A stretch of 64,000 bases of DNA from an uncultured Pelagibacteraceae bacterium (GCA_902589765.1 CACIUF010000002.1:47984-111983), one strand, 5' to 3'. Counted from the stretch's first letter, positions 1-9,530 are shown. Notes: generated from the letters alone by a model not told the origin. Translations and numbers: made by a program.

Positions 1-126
1 AAACTTTTAGAAGAGATAGAAAAAAAAGAAGCTTTAGAGAAATATGGCGCTGAAGGATCAGGAAAAAATTTACCTTTTTCATCACTGTCAGAAGATTTGA
101 AAAAGAAAGATAAAAAGACAAAATAA
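1..126 (+). CDS. rpsA: 30S ribosomal protein S1, C-terminal end (partial)
   Basis: Frame 1 reads KLLEEIEKKEALEKYGAEGSGKNLPF...KTK*, like the alphaproteobacterial S1 tail (EKEAxxxYGS); lies directly upstream of ihfB. Confidence 0.75.
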   Translation, partial: KLLEEIEKKEALEKYGAEGSGKNLPFSSLSEDLKKKDKKTK

Positions 127-141
127 ATTTATTAAACTAAA

Positions 142-435
142 TTGGCTATAGTAAAATCAGAGCTTATAAAAGAACTTAAAAAATCTTATCCGAATTTTTT
201 AACTAAAGATCTTATTAAAGTAGTAGAAATAATCCTTAAAGAAATTCAAAATTCGCTAAGTAAAAATGAAGGTGTAGAGCTCAGAAACTTTGGAACTTTT
301 CGAACAAATATTCAAAAAGCTTCTATTAGACGAAATCCAAAAACAGGAGAAAAAGTAAATGTTCCTCAAAAAAGGATAATAAAATGGAAAATGTCTAAAG
401 AATTATTTAAAAAGTTAAATAATGAAAAAAAATAA
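142..435 (+). CDS. ihfB: Integration host factor subunit beta / HU family
   Basis: KSELI, VELRNFGTF, RRNPKTGEKV motifs; rpsA-ihfB synteny. Confidence 0.85.
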   Translation: MAIVKSELIKELKKSYPNFLTKDLIKVVEIILKEIQNSLSKNEGVELRNFGTFRTNIQKASIRRNPKTGEKVNVPQKRIIKWKMSKELFKKLNNEKK

Positions 436-1096
436 GATTTTTGTTGCATGTGATGCTGCTAATATTTCAAAAATAAAAAAAATTATCAATAATACTCAAA
501 ATTCTAAAATAAAGATCGGTTATAAATTTGGGCTTGAATTTCTTAATTCAAAAAAAGGTAGATCTTTTTTATCAAAATTAAAGAATAAGGTAATATTTGC
601 AGATCTAAAACTTCACGATATTCCAAATACTTGTGTATCTACAGTTAGAGCAATGAAAGATTTAAAAATTAATTATTTGACAATACATATCAGCTCTGGC
701 TTACAGGCTTTAAAAGCTACAAAAAAAGTCTCAGGAAAAATTAAGTTAACAGGTGTAACTATACTTACCTCATTAGACAATAAATCGTTAAAAGAAATTG
801 GTTTTAATAGAGACACAAAAAATTTAGTACTACACCAAGCTAAGTTAGCAAATAAAGCAAAATTAGATGCTATTGTATGTAGTGCACATGAAGTAGAAAT
901 AGTTAAAAAAGTATTTAAAAAAGAAATTATAACTCCTGGAATAAGATTTAATTCGAAATCAAATGATCAAAAAAGAGTTTTATCTCCAAGACAAGCATAT
1001 GAAAATGGTAGTAATTGGCTTGTGATGGGGAGACCAATAACTAAAGGGAATATAAAAAAAAATATTCAAAATCTAATCGACCACTTAAGCCTATGA
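422..1096 (+). CDS. pyrF: Orotidine-5'-phosphate decarboxylase
   Basis: DLKLHDIPNT catalytic motif, TPGIR, VMGRPI. Confidence 0.96.
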   Translation: MKKNKIFVACDAANISKIKKIINNTQNSKIKIGYKFGLEFLNSKKGRSFLSKLKNKVIFADLKLHDIPNTCVSTVRAMKDLKINYLTIHISSGLQALKATKKVSGKIKLTGVTILTSLDNKSLKEIGFNRDTKNLVLHQAKLANKAKLDAIVCSAHEVEIVKKVFKKEIITPGIRFNSKSNDQKRVLSPRQAYENGSNWLVMGRPITKGNIKKNIQNLIDHLSL

Positions 1097-1710
1097 TCAA
1101 AGGTTTGAAAATTTGTGGGGTCTCTGATTCTAAAACTTTAAAATATATTTTAAATCATAATTATAAACCAACAATGATAGGTTTCATCACAAACTATGAA
1201 AAAAGTAAAAGGTTTGTTAAATTTAAAGAATTAAAAGATTTGATAAATGTAGATAAAGAACCGGTTAATTTTGTTTCTGTACTTGTAAACCCTGATGACG
1301 TAATTTTGGAAAAAATAAAAAATTTAAATTTTGATTATTATCAACTTTACGATGTTAACCCTGCTAGAACAAAAGAAATAAAATCTAAATTCAAAAAAAA
1401 AATAATCACAGCTATTAATGTTTCAAATAGAGATGATGTAATTAAATATAAAAGTTATTCAGAAATTTCAGATATAATTTTATTTGACTCAAAAGGTTAT
1501 CATGAATCTAAGAGTTTTAATCATAGTTTATTAGATGACGTACCTGGTGAATTAAGTAAAATGATTGCAGGAAATATCCAAATAGATGATATACCTAAAT
1601 TTAGAAATAAAGACTTTATTGTTGATCTCAGTGGAGCGCTAGAAGACCAAAATGGAAAAAAAGATATAAATAAAATTGATAAATTGTTAAATTTATTTGG
1701 GAAGATATGA
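1093..1710 (+). CDS. trpF: Phosphoribosylanthranilate isomerase
   Basis: KICG N-terminus, LFDS, VDLSGALE..GKKD; precedes trpB. Confidence 0.88.
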   Translation: MIKGLKICGVSDSKTLKYILNHNYKPTMIGFITNYEKSKRFVKFKELKDLINVDKEPVNFVSVLVNPDDVILEKIKNLNFDYYQLYDVNPARTKEIKSKFKKKIITAINVSNRDDVIKYKSYSEISDIILFDSKGYHESKSFNHSLLDDVPGELSKMIAGNIQIDDIPKFRNKDFIVDLSGALEDQNGKKDINKIDKLLNLFGKI

Positions 1711-2951
1711 AACTTAAAAAAGGAGTTCCAGTTATCGATCAAGGAAATTCGCTTGGATTTTGGGGTGGTAAATTTGGAGGAAACTTTGTTCCTGAAACTC
1801 TAAAAAAACCAATAGAAGATTTGGAAATTTTATTCAATAAACTTAAAAAAGACAAAAAATTTATTACCGAAAGAGATAAATACTTTAAAAATTGGGTTGG
1901 AGCTCCAACGAGATTTATAAAGCTAGAAAATCTTACAAATCACATCGGCGGTGCTCAAATTTGGTCTAAAGTTGTGTCGGATGCTAATGGAGGAGCTCAT
2001 AAAATTTACAACGCTACTGTTCATTGTTTGCTTGCAAAGCGATCTGGTAAAAAAATAATATGTGGAGATACAGGTGCTGGATATGCTGGAAAAATGTTAA
2101 GTATGGCTGCTAAAAAATTCGGTTTAAAATGTAAAATATTTATGGGTGCGAAAGATATTGCTAGACAACAGCCAAATGTAAAAGCAATGAAAAAAAATGG
2201 AGCAGAAGTAATACCTGTCTACTCAGGAAGTCAAACACTTGTAGACGCTGTCTCAGAATGTATGCGATTTTGGGTTGCCAATTGTGATACGACAGCAATG
2301 TGTGTTGGAAGTACAGTTGGACCCGCAGTTTTTGTTCGTATATGTGGATGGAGCACTAGCCAAATTTCAAGAGAGTTAAAAGTACAATTAATTTATGAGT
2401 TTGGATCAATTCCAAAAAAACTTAAATTATACAATTGTGTAGGAGGAGGAAGTTCAAGCTTTGGTTTTTGGAATGAATTTATGGATTATGATAAAAAACA
2501 AGTTGAGTTTATTGGGGTAGAGGCTGGCGGACCTAAAAAAAGTAAAAAACATGCAGCACCTTTAACCTATGGTTCTAAGATTGGAATACTTCATGGTGCA
2601 GCTCAGTACGTCAATCAAAACTCAGATGGACAAATAGAAGAAACAGAGTCAATCTCAGCTGGACTTGATTATCCTGGAATTTCTCCACTTCATTGCTTTT
2701 TAAAGGACACGAAGAGAGCTAGGTATACTGCAGCAAGCGATGAAGAAGCTTTAAATGCATATAAACTTGTGACGAAGTTTGAAGATTTAAGACCATCCTT
2801 GGAACCAAGCCATGCTTTTTTTGTTGCCCTTAAAGAAGCAAAAAAACTTAGTAAAGATACAGTGGTAGTAATTAATAGTTGTGGGGATGCTTACAAAGAT
2901 CGTGGAATTTTAGAGCAAAGATTGGGTAAAAAATATGTCAAATCCAATTAG
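1707..2951 (+). CDS. trpB: Tryptophan synthase beta chain (divergent active-site loop)
   Basis: FGGNFVPETL, GAHKI (PLP lysine), CVGGGS, SISAGLDYPG; lies between trpF and trpA. Confidence 0.92.
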   Translation: MKLKKGVPVIDQGNSLGFWGGKFGGNFVPETLKKPIEDLEILFNKLKKDKKFITERDKYFKNWVGAPTRFIKLENLTNHIGGAQIWSKVVSDANGGAHKIYNATVHCLLAKRSGKKIICGDTGAGYAGKMLSMAAKKFGLKCKIFMGAKDIARQQPNVKAMKKNGAEVIPVYSGSQTLVDAVSECMRFWVANCDTTAMCVGSTVGPAVFVRICGWSTSQISRELKVQLIYEFGSIPKKLKLYNCVGGGSSSFGFWNEFMDYDKKQVEFIGVEAGGPKKSKKHAAPLTYGSKIGILHGAAQYVNQNSDGQIEETESISAGLDYPGISPLHCFLKDTKRARYTAASDEEALNAYKLVTKFEDLRPSLEPSHAFFVALKEAKKLSKDTVVVINSCGDAYKDRGILEQRLGKKYVKSN

Positions 2952-3735
2952 TGTTGCTTTTAAAAAAGCAAGAGCAGAAAATAGACCAGCTTTATTAACC
3001 TATACTGTTGCTGGAGATAGCTCAAAAAAACAATCGTTGAATATATTAAAAGCTATATCAAAAAATGCAGATATTTTAGAATTAGGTGTCCCTCATAATA
3101 CTCCTGTTGCCGATGGAAGCCAAATTCAAACTAGCGCTTATAGAGCAATTAAAAAAGGTATTAAAATAAATGATATATTTAGGATTGTTAGAGATTTTAA
3201 AAAATTTGATAAAAACAAACCTATTATATTGATGGGTTACTATAATATGATTTTTCAATATGGAGCTAACAACTTTTTAAACAAATGTAAAACTTCAGGA
3301 GTAAATGGATTAATAGTTGTAGATTTACCTTGGCCAGAAAATAAAGATTTCGCAAAAAAATGTAAAAAAAAATCAATTTATTTTATTCAACTTTTATCAC
3401 CTACAACAACAAGTAAAAGACTTAAAGAAATTATACAAAACTCTCATCCAATGAATTATTTTATATCAATGCTAAGTACTACAGGTGGCAAATTAAAAGT
3501 ATCACCTCTAGAAATACTTAAAAATTATAATAGGATAAAAAAAATTAATCCTAAAAAAGAGATTGTGATTGGTTTTGGTATTACAGATAAGACAATTGGA
3601 AAGCTTAAATCTGCTGATGGGTTAGTAGTGGGAAGTGCTATTTGTAAAGAAATTACGAGAAGTTTAAATAGTAGACAAAATCCTGTCACAAATGTAGGTA
3701 AGTTAGTAAGAAAATTAAAAAATAGAATAAAATGA
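2935..3735 (+). CDS. trpA: Tryptophan synthase alpha chain
   Basis: LELGVP..PVADG..IQ (catalytic Glu/Asp), LMGYYN, GFGI, ADGLVVGSA. Confidence 0.95.
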   Translation: MSNPISVAFKKARAENRPALLTYTVAGDSSKKQSLNILKAISKNADILELGVPHNTPVADGSQIQTSAYRAIKKGIKINDIFRIVRDFKKFDKNKPIILMGYYNMIFQYGANNFLNKCKTSGVNGLIVVDLPWPENKDFAKKCKKKSIYFIQLLSPTTTSKRLKEIIQNSHPMNYFISMLSTTGGKLKVSPLEILKNYNRIKKINPKKEIVIGFGITDKTIGKLKSADGLVVGSAICKEITRSLNSRQNPVTNVGKLVRKLKNRIK

Positions 3736-4658
3736 ATTGGATAACTAAAATAATTAAAGCAGGTGAAAAAATCAAGTCTGCCATTCATAAAAGGGCGTCT
3801 AAAGAAGACATTGCTAATAGTGATTGGACATCCTGTTGCAAAGGTCCAATATTAAAAAAAGATTTAGAGGAAAATCTATGGGTTTGCCCTGATTGTAATA
3901 AACACCACAGAATTAAACCTAAACAAAGATTTGATATTTTATTTGGAAAAGATAATTACGAAATATTTCAAACCCCCATCCCAAAAGATGATCCTTTAAA
4001 CTGGACAGACTCAAAATCCTATAAAGATAGATTAAAATCTGCCAGAAAAAAAACAGGTATGGATTGTGGGATGATGGTCGTAAGTGGTGTAATCAATGAT
4101 ATTAAAATTACTGCAGTTGCATCTGATTTTGATTTTTTAGGTGCATCAATGGCAGCTGCAGAAGGAGAAGCTTTCTTATACGGTATTCAACATGCAATTG
4201 AGAATAAAACTCCTTTTTTATGTGTAAGTGCGGGGGGTGGAATGAGAATGATGGAAAGTTTAATTTCTCTATCTCAAATGACAAGAACCACACTAGCAAT
4301 AAATGAATTAAAAAATAATAATCTTCCATATCTTGTTTGTATAACAGATCCAACTGCTGGGGGTATTACTGCTTCCTATGCAATGTTAGGTGATATTCAT
4401 ATAGCTGAACCGGGAGCACTAATCGCTTTCGCTGGGGCAAGGGTAATTCAAGGAACTGTTAAAGAAGAATTGCCAGAAGGTTTTCAAAAGAGTGAATACG
4501 TTGAAAAGACTGGCTTTGTTGATTTAATTGTTGAAAGAAAGGATCTGGCTGAAAAAATTGGAACTTTATTGTCAATATTGTTAAAGAAAAATTCTGTTAT
4601 AAGCACTGAACAAAATGAAACTACAGAAAATACTCAGTCGCTTTCTAAAATTGCATAA
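3732..4658 (+). CDS. accD: Acetyl-CoA carboxylase carboxyltransferase beta subunit
   Basis: GGMRMMES, DPTAGGITASYAMLGD, AEPGALIAFAGARVI. Confidence 0.96.
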   Translation: MNWITKIIKAGEKIKSAIHKRASKEDIANSDWTSCCKGPILKKDLEENLWVCPDCNKHHRIKPKQRFDILFGKDNYEIFQTPIPKDDPLNWTDSKSYKDRLKSARKKTGMDCGMMVVSGVINDIKITAVASDFDFLGASMAAAEGEAFLYGIQHAIENKTPFLCVSAGGGMRMMESLISLSQMTRTTLAINELKNNNLPYLVCITDPTAGGITASYAMLGDIHIAEPGALIAFAGARVIQGTVKEELPEGFQKSEYVEKTGFVDLIVERKDLAEKIGTLLSILLKKNSVISTEQNETTENTQSLSKIA

Positions 4659-5880
4659 AAAAGAAATTGATCTAAGCTTAGATCGAATTATTCACCTTTG
4701 TGAAAAACTTGGTAATCCTCAGGATAAAATCAAAGCCATCAGTATTGTTGGGACAAATGGTAAAAACTCAACAATTCAAGCTTGTTATTCAATTTTTAGA
4801 GAGGCAGGAATAAAGTGTAATGTTTACACCAGCCCTCATATTCAAAAAATAAATGAAAGATTTGTTTTTAACAACCAACAACTAGGGGATAATGAACTGG
4901 CCTCTTTATTTGAGGAGGTTGAGAGAGTAAATGCGAATAATCCAATAACGTTCTTTGAAATTTTAACTGCATGTTATTTTTATAAAGCAGCTCAATATCC
5001 TGATAATCTCAATCTAATTGAAGCAGGTTTATTTCATAGGTTTGATGCAACAAATATCTTAAAGAATAATCTTGCAAGTGTTGTAACTTCTATATCGAAG
5101 GACCATTTAGACTGGCTTCCAGAAAATGAGAGAACTATTGACAAGATTATTTTTGAAAAAACCTCAAAACTTTTAAATTCAAATATTATTGTTGCAAAAC
5201 AATACCCTATTTCAACATTAGAAAAGATTAAAAAAACTATTCATCAAAATCAATCTAATAAGTATTTTTTTAATGATGATTTTTCATTTTCAAATAGAGA
5301 AAATGAATTCTTTTATTATGAAGATAAATTTGGTGGATTAAAACTACCAAAACCAAATGTATTAGGTCAATTTCAACAGGAAAATATTTCAACAGCTATC
5401 GCAACCTTACGAATATTAGATCTGGGCATTGAAGATCATCACATAAAAAAAGGTATTCAAAAAATCGACAATATTGCAAGACTTCAAACAATTGAGTCAG
5501 GTAAATTAAAAGATTTAGTTAAAGACAATCTTTTTTTAATATCTGGAGATCATAATGAAGATGGAGCAAGAGTGTTAAATGAATATTTAAAAAGCCTAGA
5601 TTGTAAAAAACATGTCATTATTGGTATGATGGATAATAAAGAACATGAAAAATATATTAACCACTTTAAAGATATTGACTCAATAACAACTGTGGATATT
5701 AAAAACCAGCCAAATGCAATTAGTGGGCTTAAATTAAAAGAAAAATTCAAAAATATGCCAAATGTAAGTTATAAAGAAAGTATTGAAGATGCGATTAAAA
5801 GCGTAAATCTAAATCAAGGAGATCTACTATTAATTACTGGATCTTTATATCTTTGTTCTGAAGTTTTAAATTTAAATTAA
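4615..5880 (+). CDS. folC: Folylpolyglutamate/dihydrofolate synthase
   Basis: VGTNGK, YTSPH...NER, TFFE, DATN, HN.DG, TGSLY; accD-folC synteny. Confidence 0.93.
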   Translation: MKLQKILSRFLKLHKKEIDLSLDRIIHLCEKLGNPQDKIKAISIVGTNGKNSTIQACYSIFREAGIKCNVYTSPHIQKINERFVFNNQQLGDNELASLFEEVERVNANNPITFFEILTACYFYKAAQYPDNLNLIEAGLFHRFDATNILKNNLASVVTSISKDHLDWLPENERTIDKIIFEKTSKLLNSNIIVAKQYPISTLEKIKKTIHQNQSNKYFFNDDFSFSNRENEFFYYEDKFGGLKLPKPNVLGQFQQENISTAIATLRILDLGIEDHHIKKGIQKIDNIARLQTIESGKLKDLVKDNLFLISGDHNEDGARVLNEYLKSLDCKKHVIIGMMDNKEHEKYINHFKDIDSITTVDIKNQPNAISGLKLKEKFKNMPNVSYKESIEDAIKSVNLNQGDLLLITGSLYLCSEVLNLN

Positions 5881-6194
5881 ATATTTTTTTCTAAAAATTC
5901 TTTCATGTGACTTTCGGGTACACCGCCAACTTTTCTATCTACTTCAACACCTTTTTTATAAATAATTACAGTTGGCACCCCTCTTATTCCAGCGGCACTA
6001 CCAGTATTTATTCCACCTTCTTCAATGTCAGCGTAATAAAATCCTGCTTTATCTTTATACTCAACAGCTAGTTTATCCATAATTGGTTTTAAAGCTTTGC
6101 AAGGTCCACACCACGCAGCAGAAAATTGAATTACAGAAATATCCTCGTTTTTAATTTTGTTATCAAAATCTTCGTCTTTAAAATCTGTCAGCAT
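5877..6194 (-). CDS. trxA: Thioredoxin
   Basis: WCGPC active site and cis-Pro motif GVPT. Confidence 0.95.
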   Translation of the reverse strand: MLTDFKDEDFDNKIKNEDISVIQFSAAWCGPCKALKPIMDKLAVEYKDKAGFYYADIEEGGINTGSAAGIRGVPTVIIYKKGVEVDRKVGGVPESHMKEFLEKNI

Positions 6195-6228
6195 TCAGTC
6201 TTTCTATAATTTACTAATACAAAGTCAA
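6195..6228 (-). promoter_or_regulatory. Putative promoter of trxA, likely leaderless
   Basis: TTGACT (6228-6223), 16 nt, TAGAAA (6206-6201), 6 nt, ATG; no Shine-Dalgarno. Confidence 0.5.
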
Positions 6229-7665
6229 CTACGCAATTTCATATTTTTTTTCAATTGACATTATAAATTCGTTTATTTCATCTAATTTTTTTAATTCTTC
6301 CGCATCATCTCTATTGGAAGCTTGGTCTCTTAAATAATCAATTTCAGTGTAAGCCATATTAATAGTTTGCCACTTTTCTTTATTTTTACTCAAAATTCTT
6401 CTAGCAATTTCACTTTTGATATTTTTATAAAGATCAGGTGGTAAAATTTGCGGTGCTTCTTGATAAATAATTTTTTGGCCAAACCAGCTACATCTTTTAT
6501 CTTGAAACTTATCTAATAATCTCAATTTGTCTTCCCAAGATGAGCTATGCCAAGTTTTAAATAATGCAGTATCTTTATTTGGAATAAATTTCTCATAAAG
6601 AGTTTCCTCTGGTAATAAATCTTCTTGGGTTTTTGTTTGTTCCTTTTCCTCTGCAGCTTCTCTATTTATGATTTGAATATTTTTACAAAAATTTTCATTT
6701 TCCCTAACAAGTTTAGCCCTTTTTTGAATTGATACTAAATCTAGTTCTGAATAAGGTTTTTGTTTAAGAGCAAATTGTTTATCTAAAATTACTGGTGCTT
6801 TATTAGTTTTTAAAACTCTTAAAGCCTTAGGGCTATATTTTTTTAATACATCTCGTAATTGATTTACTGGTAGGTTTAACAATGGTTCTGGATCCCTTCT
6901 TAGGTCCCAAACATATCCCCAAGATGCATATGACGGGTGAAAGCAATGATTAGGATGTAGCGTACCAGTAAGATACATCATATTCCGACCTTTCACATTT
7001 TCAAAAATAGAATATATGCCTTCATTTTTTAAAAATGTTTCAACGCTAGTCTTTGTTGAGGTCTTTAAAAAGGTATCCCAATTTTCTTTATGTTTGTCTT
7101 TTATAATTCTTAAAACCTTCAATGAATTCTGTGCATCAACATAGGCTGTATGGCTAGCTGAAGTGTCAAAACCCTGCATTCTAGATAGAGATTCCAGTGC
7201 AAGACTTGGATTACCTGCTTCGGTTAGCTCTGTTTTTAGGGTCTCTGAGTTTAATGTTTGGGCTGCTCTAGCTATATGCAAACCATCATGTTCACTATTG
7301 GGCGATGAGTGGGTGGCATAAGGATACCTATTACCCTTAAAAAAATTAAAGTGGAACATTCTTCGATCAAAATTTAAATTTGACCAACCCATAAATACTG
7401 CTGGAGCACACTTTGTGAAAAAATTTTCAACAGCACCTAAAAAATCATAATGTGAATAATTGCCTTTGGTAAGTAAATCAATGCTAGTTGAATTAACAAG
7501 CAAGGCCTTTGCACTGGGCACCTCTCCTTCTGGCATTCTGCCTCTGATATTTAATTTTCCAATCTCTTTAAGATTTTTATCAACAACGACAGCACCTACT
7601 TCAATTATTGATCCCCAAATAGTGCTATTGGTTGTTTCGGTATCATAGATTACTATTTTATCCAT
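6229..7665 (-). CDS. sbcB: Exodeoxyribonuclease I (SbcB-like DEDDh 3'-5' ssDNA exonuclease)
   Basis: YDTETT (ExoI), N..FD (ExoII), HTAYVDA (ExoIII), NKAPVIL and LYEKFI..KD C-terminal ExoI features; 478 aa. Confidence 0.8.
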   Translation of the reverse strand: MDKIVIYDTETTNSTIWGSIIEVGAVVVDKNLKEIGKLNIRGRMPEGEVPSAKALLVNSTSIDLLTKGNYSHYDFLGAVENFFTKCAPAVFMGWSNLNFDRRMFHFNFFKGNRYPYATHSSPNSEHDGLHIARAAQTLNSETLKTELTEAGNPSLALESLSRMQGFDTSASHTAYVDAQNSLKVLRIIKDKHKENWDTFLKTSTKTSVETFLKNEGIYSIFENVKGRNMMYLTGTLHPNHCFHPSYASWGYVWDLRRDPEPLLNLPVNQLRDVLKKYSPKALRVLKTNKAPVILDKQFALKQKPYSELDLVSIQKRAKLVRENENFCKNIQIINREAAEEKEQTKTQEDLLPEETLYEKFIPNKDTALFKTWHSSSWEDKLRLLDKFQDKRCSWFGQKIIYQEAPQILPPDLYKNIKSEIARRILSKNKEKWQTINMAYTEIDYLRDQASNRDDAEELKKLDEINEFIMSIEKKYEIA

Positions 7666-7673
7666 TATTTACA

Positions 7674-8360
7674 TTACTCCAAATTTGTGAGTTCATTAAA
7701 CTTTTTAAGTCTTCCAAGAAATAAATTTTGATAAGTTACTAATTCAGGTCCTTGAATTTTAAACTCTTGAAACAAATTATCTACTGTGCAAACAAGAATA
7801 ACGCAAGCATTGATATTTGATTTGTAAACGACATTATGAGCTAATGAATAAGCAGCTGTTTGTAAAAACCAAGAGTCTATATATTCAGTCTTTTTTGGTT
7901 TATTGGATTGTTTAAAATCAATAATAGTTTCTTTTCCCTCATAAACACCAACGCAATCTGCTGTACCTGCATATCTCTCAGGATAATGCATCGTACATTC
8001 CACACCATATATTTCCTCCAACCTATTTGTTAAACCTTTATCAATTATTTCTTTTGCCATTTTTTTATATTGTTCATTATCCTCAAAGAAACTTAAATTT
8101 TCTCTTCCTAATAGAAAAGACTCTAAATAGCTGTGCATCTGAGAACCTCTACTACTGGCTGCTTTTGTAATTGCTTCAGCTTCTTTATGGCCAGTTCTTT
8201 CTCGCCAATTTGCTAAGGCTGCTTTATCTTCCTCTGACTTTGTTGCATCAAGTATTGAAGTTACACTTGGTAATTTTGCTTCTCCTAAAACATATCTTCT
8301 TATTCCATCTTCGGTAGCTCTTGAACTTGATGGATAGTTGTATTTTTTGTTCCAACGCAT
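7674..8360 (-). CDS. PD-(D/E)XK RecB-family nuclease, phage/MGME1-like exonuclease
   Basis: LPSVTSIL, RGSQMH..LE, E, YAGTADC, IIDFKQS, LQTAAY (QxxxY). Start placed at ATG 8360 (MRWNKKY) because the longer track ORF overlaps rmuC. Confidence 0.8.
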   Translation of the reverse strand: MRWNKKYNYPSSSRATEDGIRRYVLGEAKLPSVTSILDATKSEEDKAALANWRERTGHKEAEAITKAASSRGSQMHSYLESFLLGRENLSFFEDNEQYKKMAKEIIDKGLTNRLEEIYGVECTMHYPERYAGTADCVGVYEGKETIIDFKQSNKPKKTEYIDSWFLQTAAYSLAHNVVYKSNINACVILVCTVDNLFQEFKIQGPELVTYQNLFLGRLKKFNELTNLE

Positions 8361-8397
8361 TTGATTTCTTATAGTCGGTAATATGTGAAAAAAGAAA

Positions 8398-9495
8398 TTA
8401 TTTTTTAAGCTGTTTATTTCTCTCAACAAATTTTTCAACGTTCTCTGTCAGTACAGCTTTTTCAACTTGCTCGGGATCTTTAATATTTTCTAAAGTTCTA
8501 GTGATTGATCTTGCATCAGTTCCAAACTTATCAACTACATTCATAGCCTCTTCTAGTTTTTTTCTTAAAACTATGACGTTGTCAAAATGCTTTGCAAACC
8601 TTGTGCTGATTGTTTTTAAGTGATTATAAATCTCTGTTGCACCCTTTTGAACCCTAAGAGATTGAAATCCCATGTGTAAAGACTGTAAATAGGCTGAAAG
8701 AGTATTAGGGCCGCAAATTACAATTTTATATTTTTTCATTAATTCTTGGGTTAATAATTCTTTTGTGCTTGGATCTTGGTATTCAGTTAATTCTTTATAA
8801 AGACTTTCAGTTGGTGCATACACTATTGCAAAATCAGTTGTTTTTGGTGGAACAATGTATTTTTCCATGACACTTTTTGCTTTGGCCTTAAATGCACTTG
8901 CTAATTTTGTTCTAGCATCTGCAACTGCTTTTTTATCATCTGCATCATATGCATCAGTGATGGTTTTGAATTTTTCTACTGGAAAATGAGAATCTACTGG
9001 AACCAAGACATCTCCTTGAAGCTTGATTGCAAATTCTACATTTTCACTAGTGTCCTCTTTCATTTTGACATTTGTCATAAATTGAGATGAAGGTAACAAA
9101 TCTTTGATTAAAGCATCCAAAGAATATTCAGCCAAAGTTCCATACTTTTTAACCCCTGCTAAAATTTTAGTAATCCCCTCTTGGCTTTGATTTAATAATT
9201 TAACTTGCTCATTAAAGTTACCAACCTTCTCATCTACTTTGGTTAAGGCCTCAGTCATATCCTTTGTAACTCCGGTTGATAAAGAATTAAATGAAGTAGA
9301 CATTGAACTAAGCGATGTATTGATTGTAGAATTAAGGCTATCTTTTAACCTCACTATTTCAGCATTTAAATTAGCTAATTCCTCAGCTTCTTTATTCTCA
9401 TTCTCATCTTTAGGTTTTGACCTTAAATTTAAGTATAAAATACCTAAAGTTGCACCAAGTAGTATAACTAGAATTATTAATAGAATCGTATCCAT
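8398..9495 (-). CDS. rmuC: DNA recombination protein RmuC
   Basis: N-terminal TM helix, coiled coil, G.LAE..L..L, VEFAIKL..VPVDSHFP, KYIVPPKTTDFAIVYAPTESLY, GPNTL.AYL. Confidence 0.88.
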   Translation of the reverse strand: MDTILLIILVILLGATLGILYLNLRSKPKDENENKEAEELANLNAEIVRLKDSLNSTINTSLSSMSTSFNSLSTGVTKDMTEALTKVDEKVGNFNEQVKLLNQSQEGITKILAGVKKYGTLAEYSLDALIKDLLPSSQFMTNVKMKEDTSENVEFAIKLQGDVLVPVDSHFPVEKFKTITDAYDADDKKAVADARTKLASAFKAKAKSVMEKYIVPPKTTDFAIVYAPTESLYKELTEYQDPSTKELLTQELMKKYKIVICGPNTLSAYLQSLHMGFQSLRVQKGATEIYNHLKTISTRFAKHFDNVIVLRKKLEEAMNVVDKFGTDARSITRTLENIKDPEQVEKAVLTENVEKFVERNKQLKK

Positions 9496-9530
9496 ACTTT
9501 TAAAGATATACGTGTTTTAATGGAAATCAA
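9496..9530 (-). promoter_or_regulatory. Putative promoter of rmuC, likely leaderless
   Basis: TTGATT (9530-9525), 16 nt, TATCTT (9508-9503), 7 nt, ATG. Confidence 0.5.

Noticed and set aside
7674-8360. Cas4-like nuclease suggesting a CRISPR system
   Set aside because: No repeat-spacer array, no cas1/cas2, and no Cas4/AddB four-cysteine Fe-S pattern
6229-9495. Prophage or integrated element around the phage-like nuclease
   Set aside because: No integrase, structural genes or att repeats; genes are embedded among core genes
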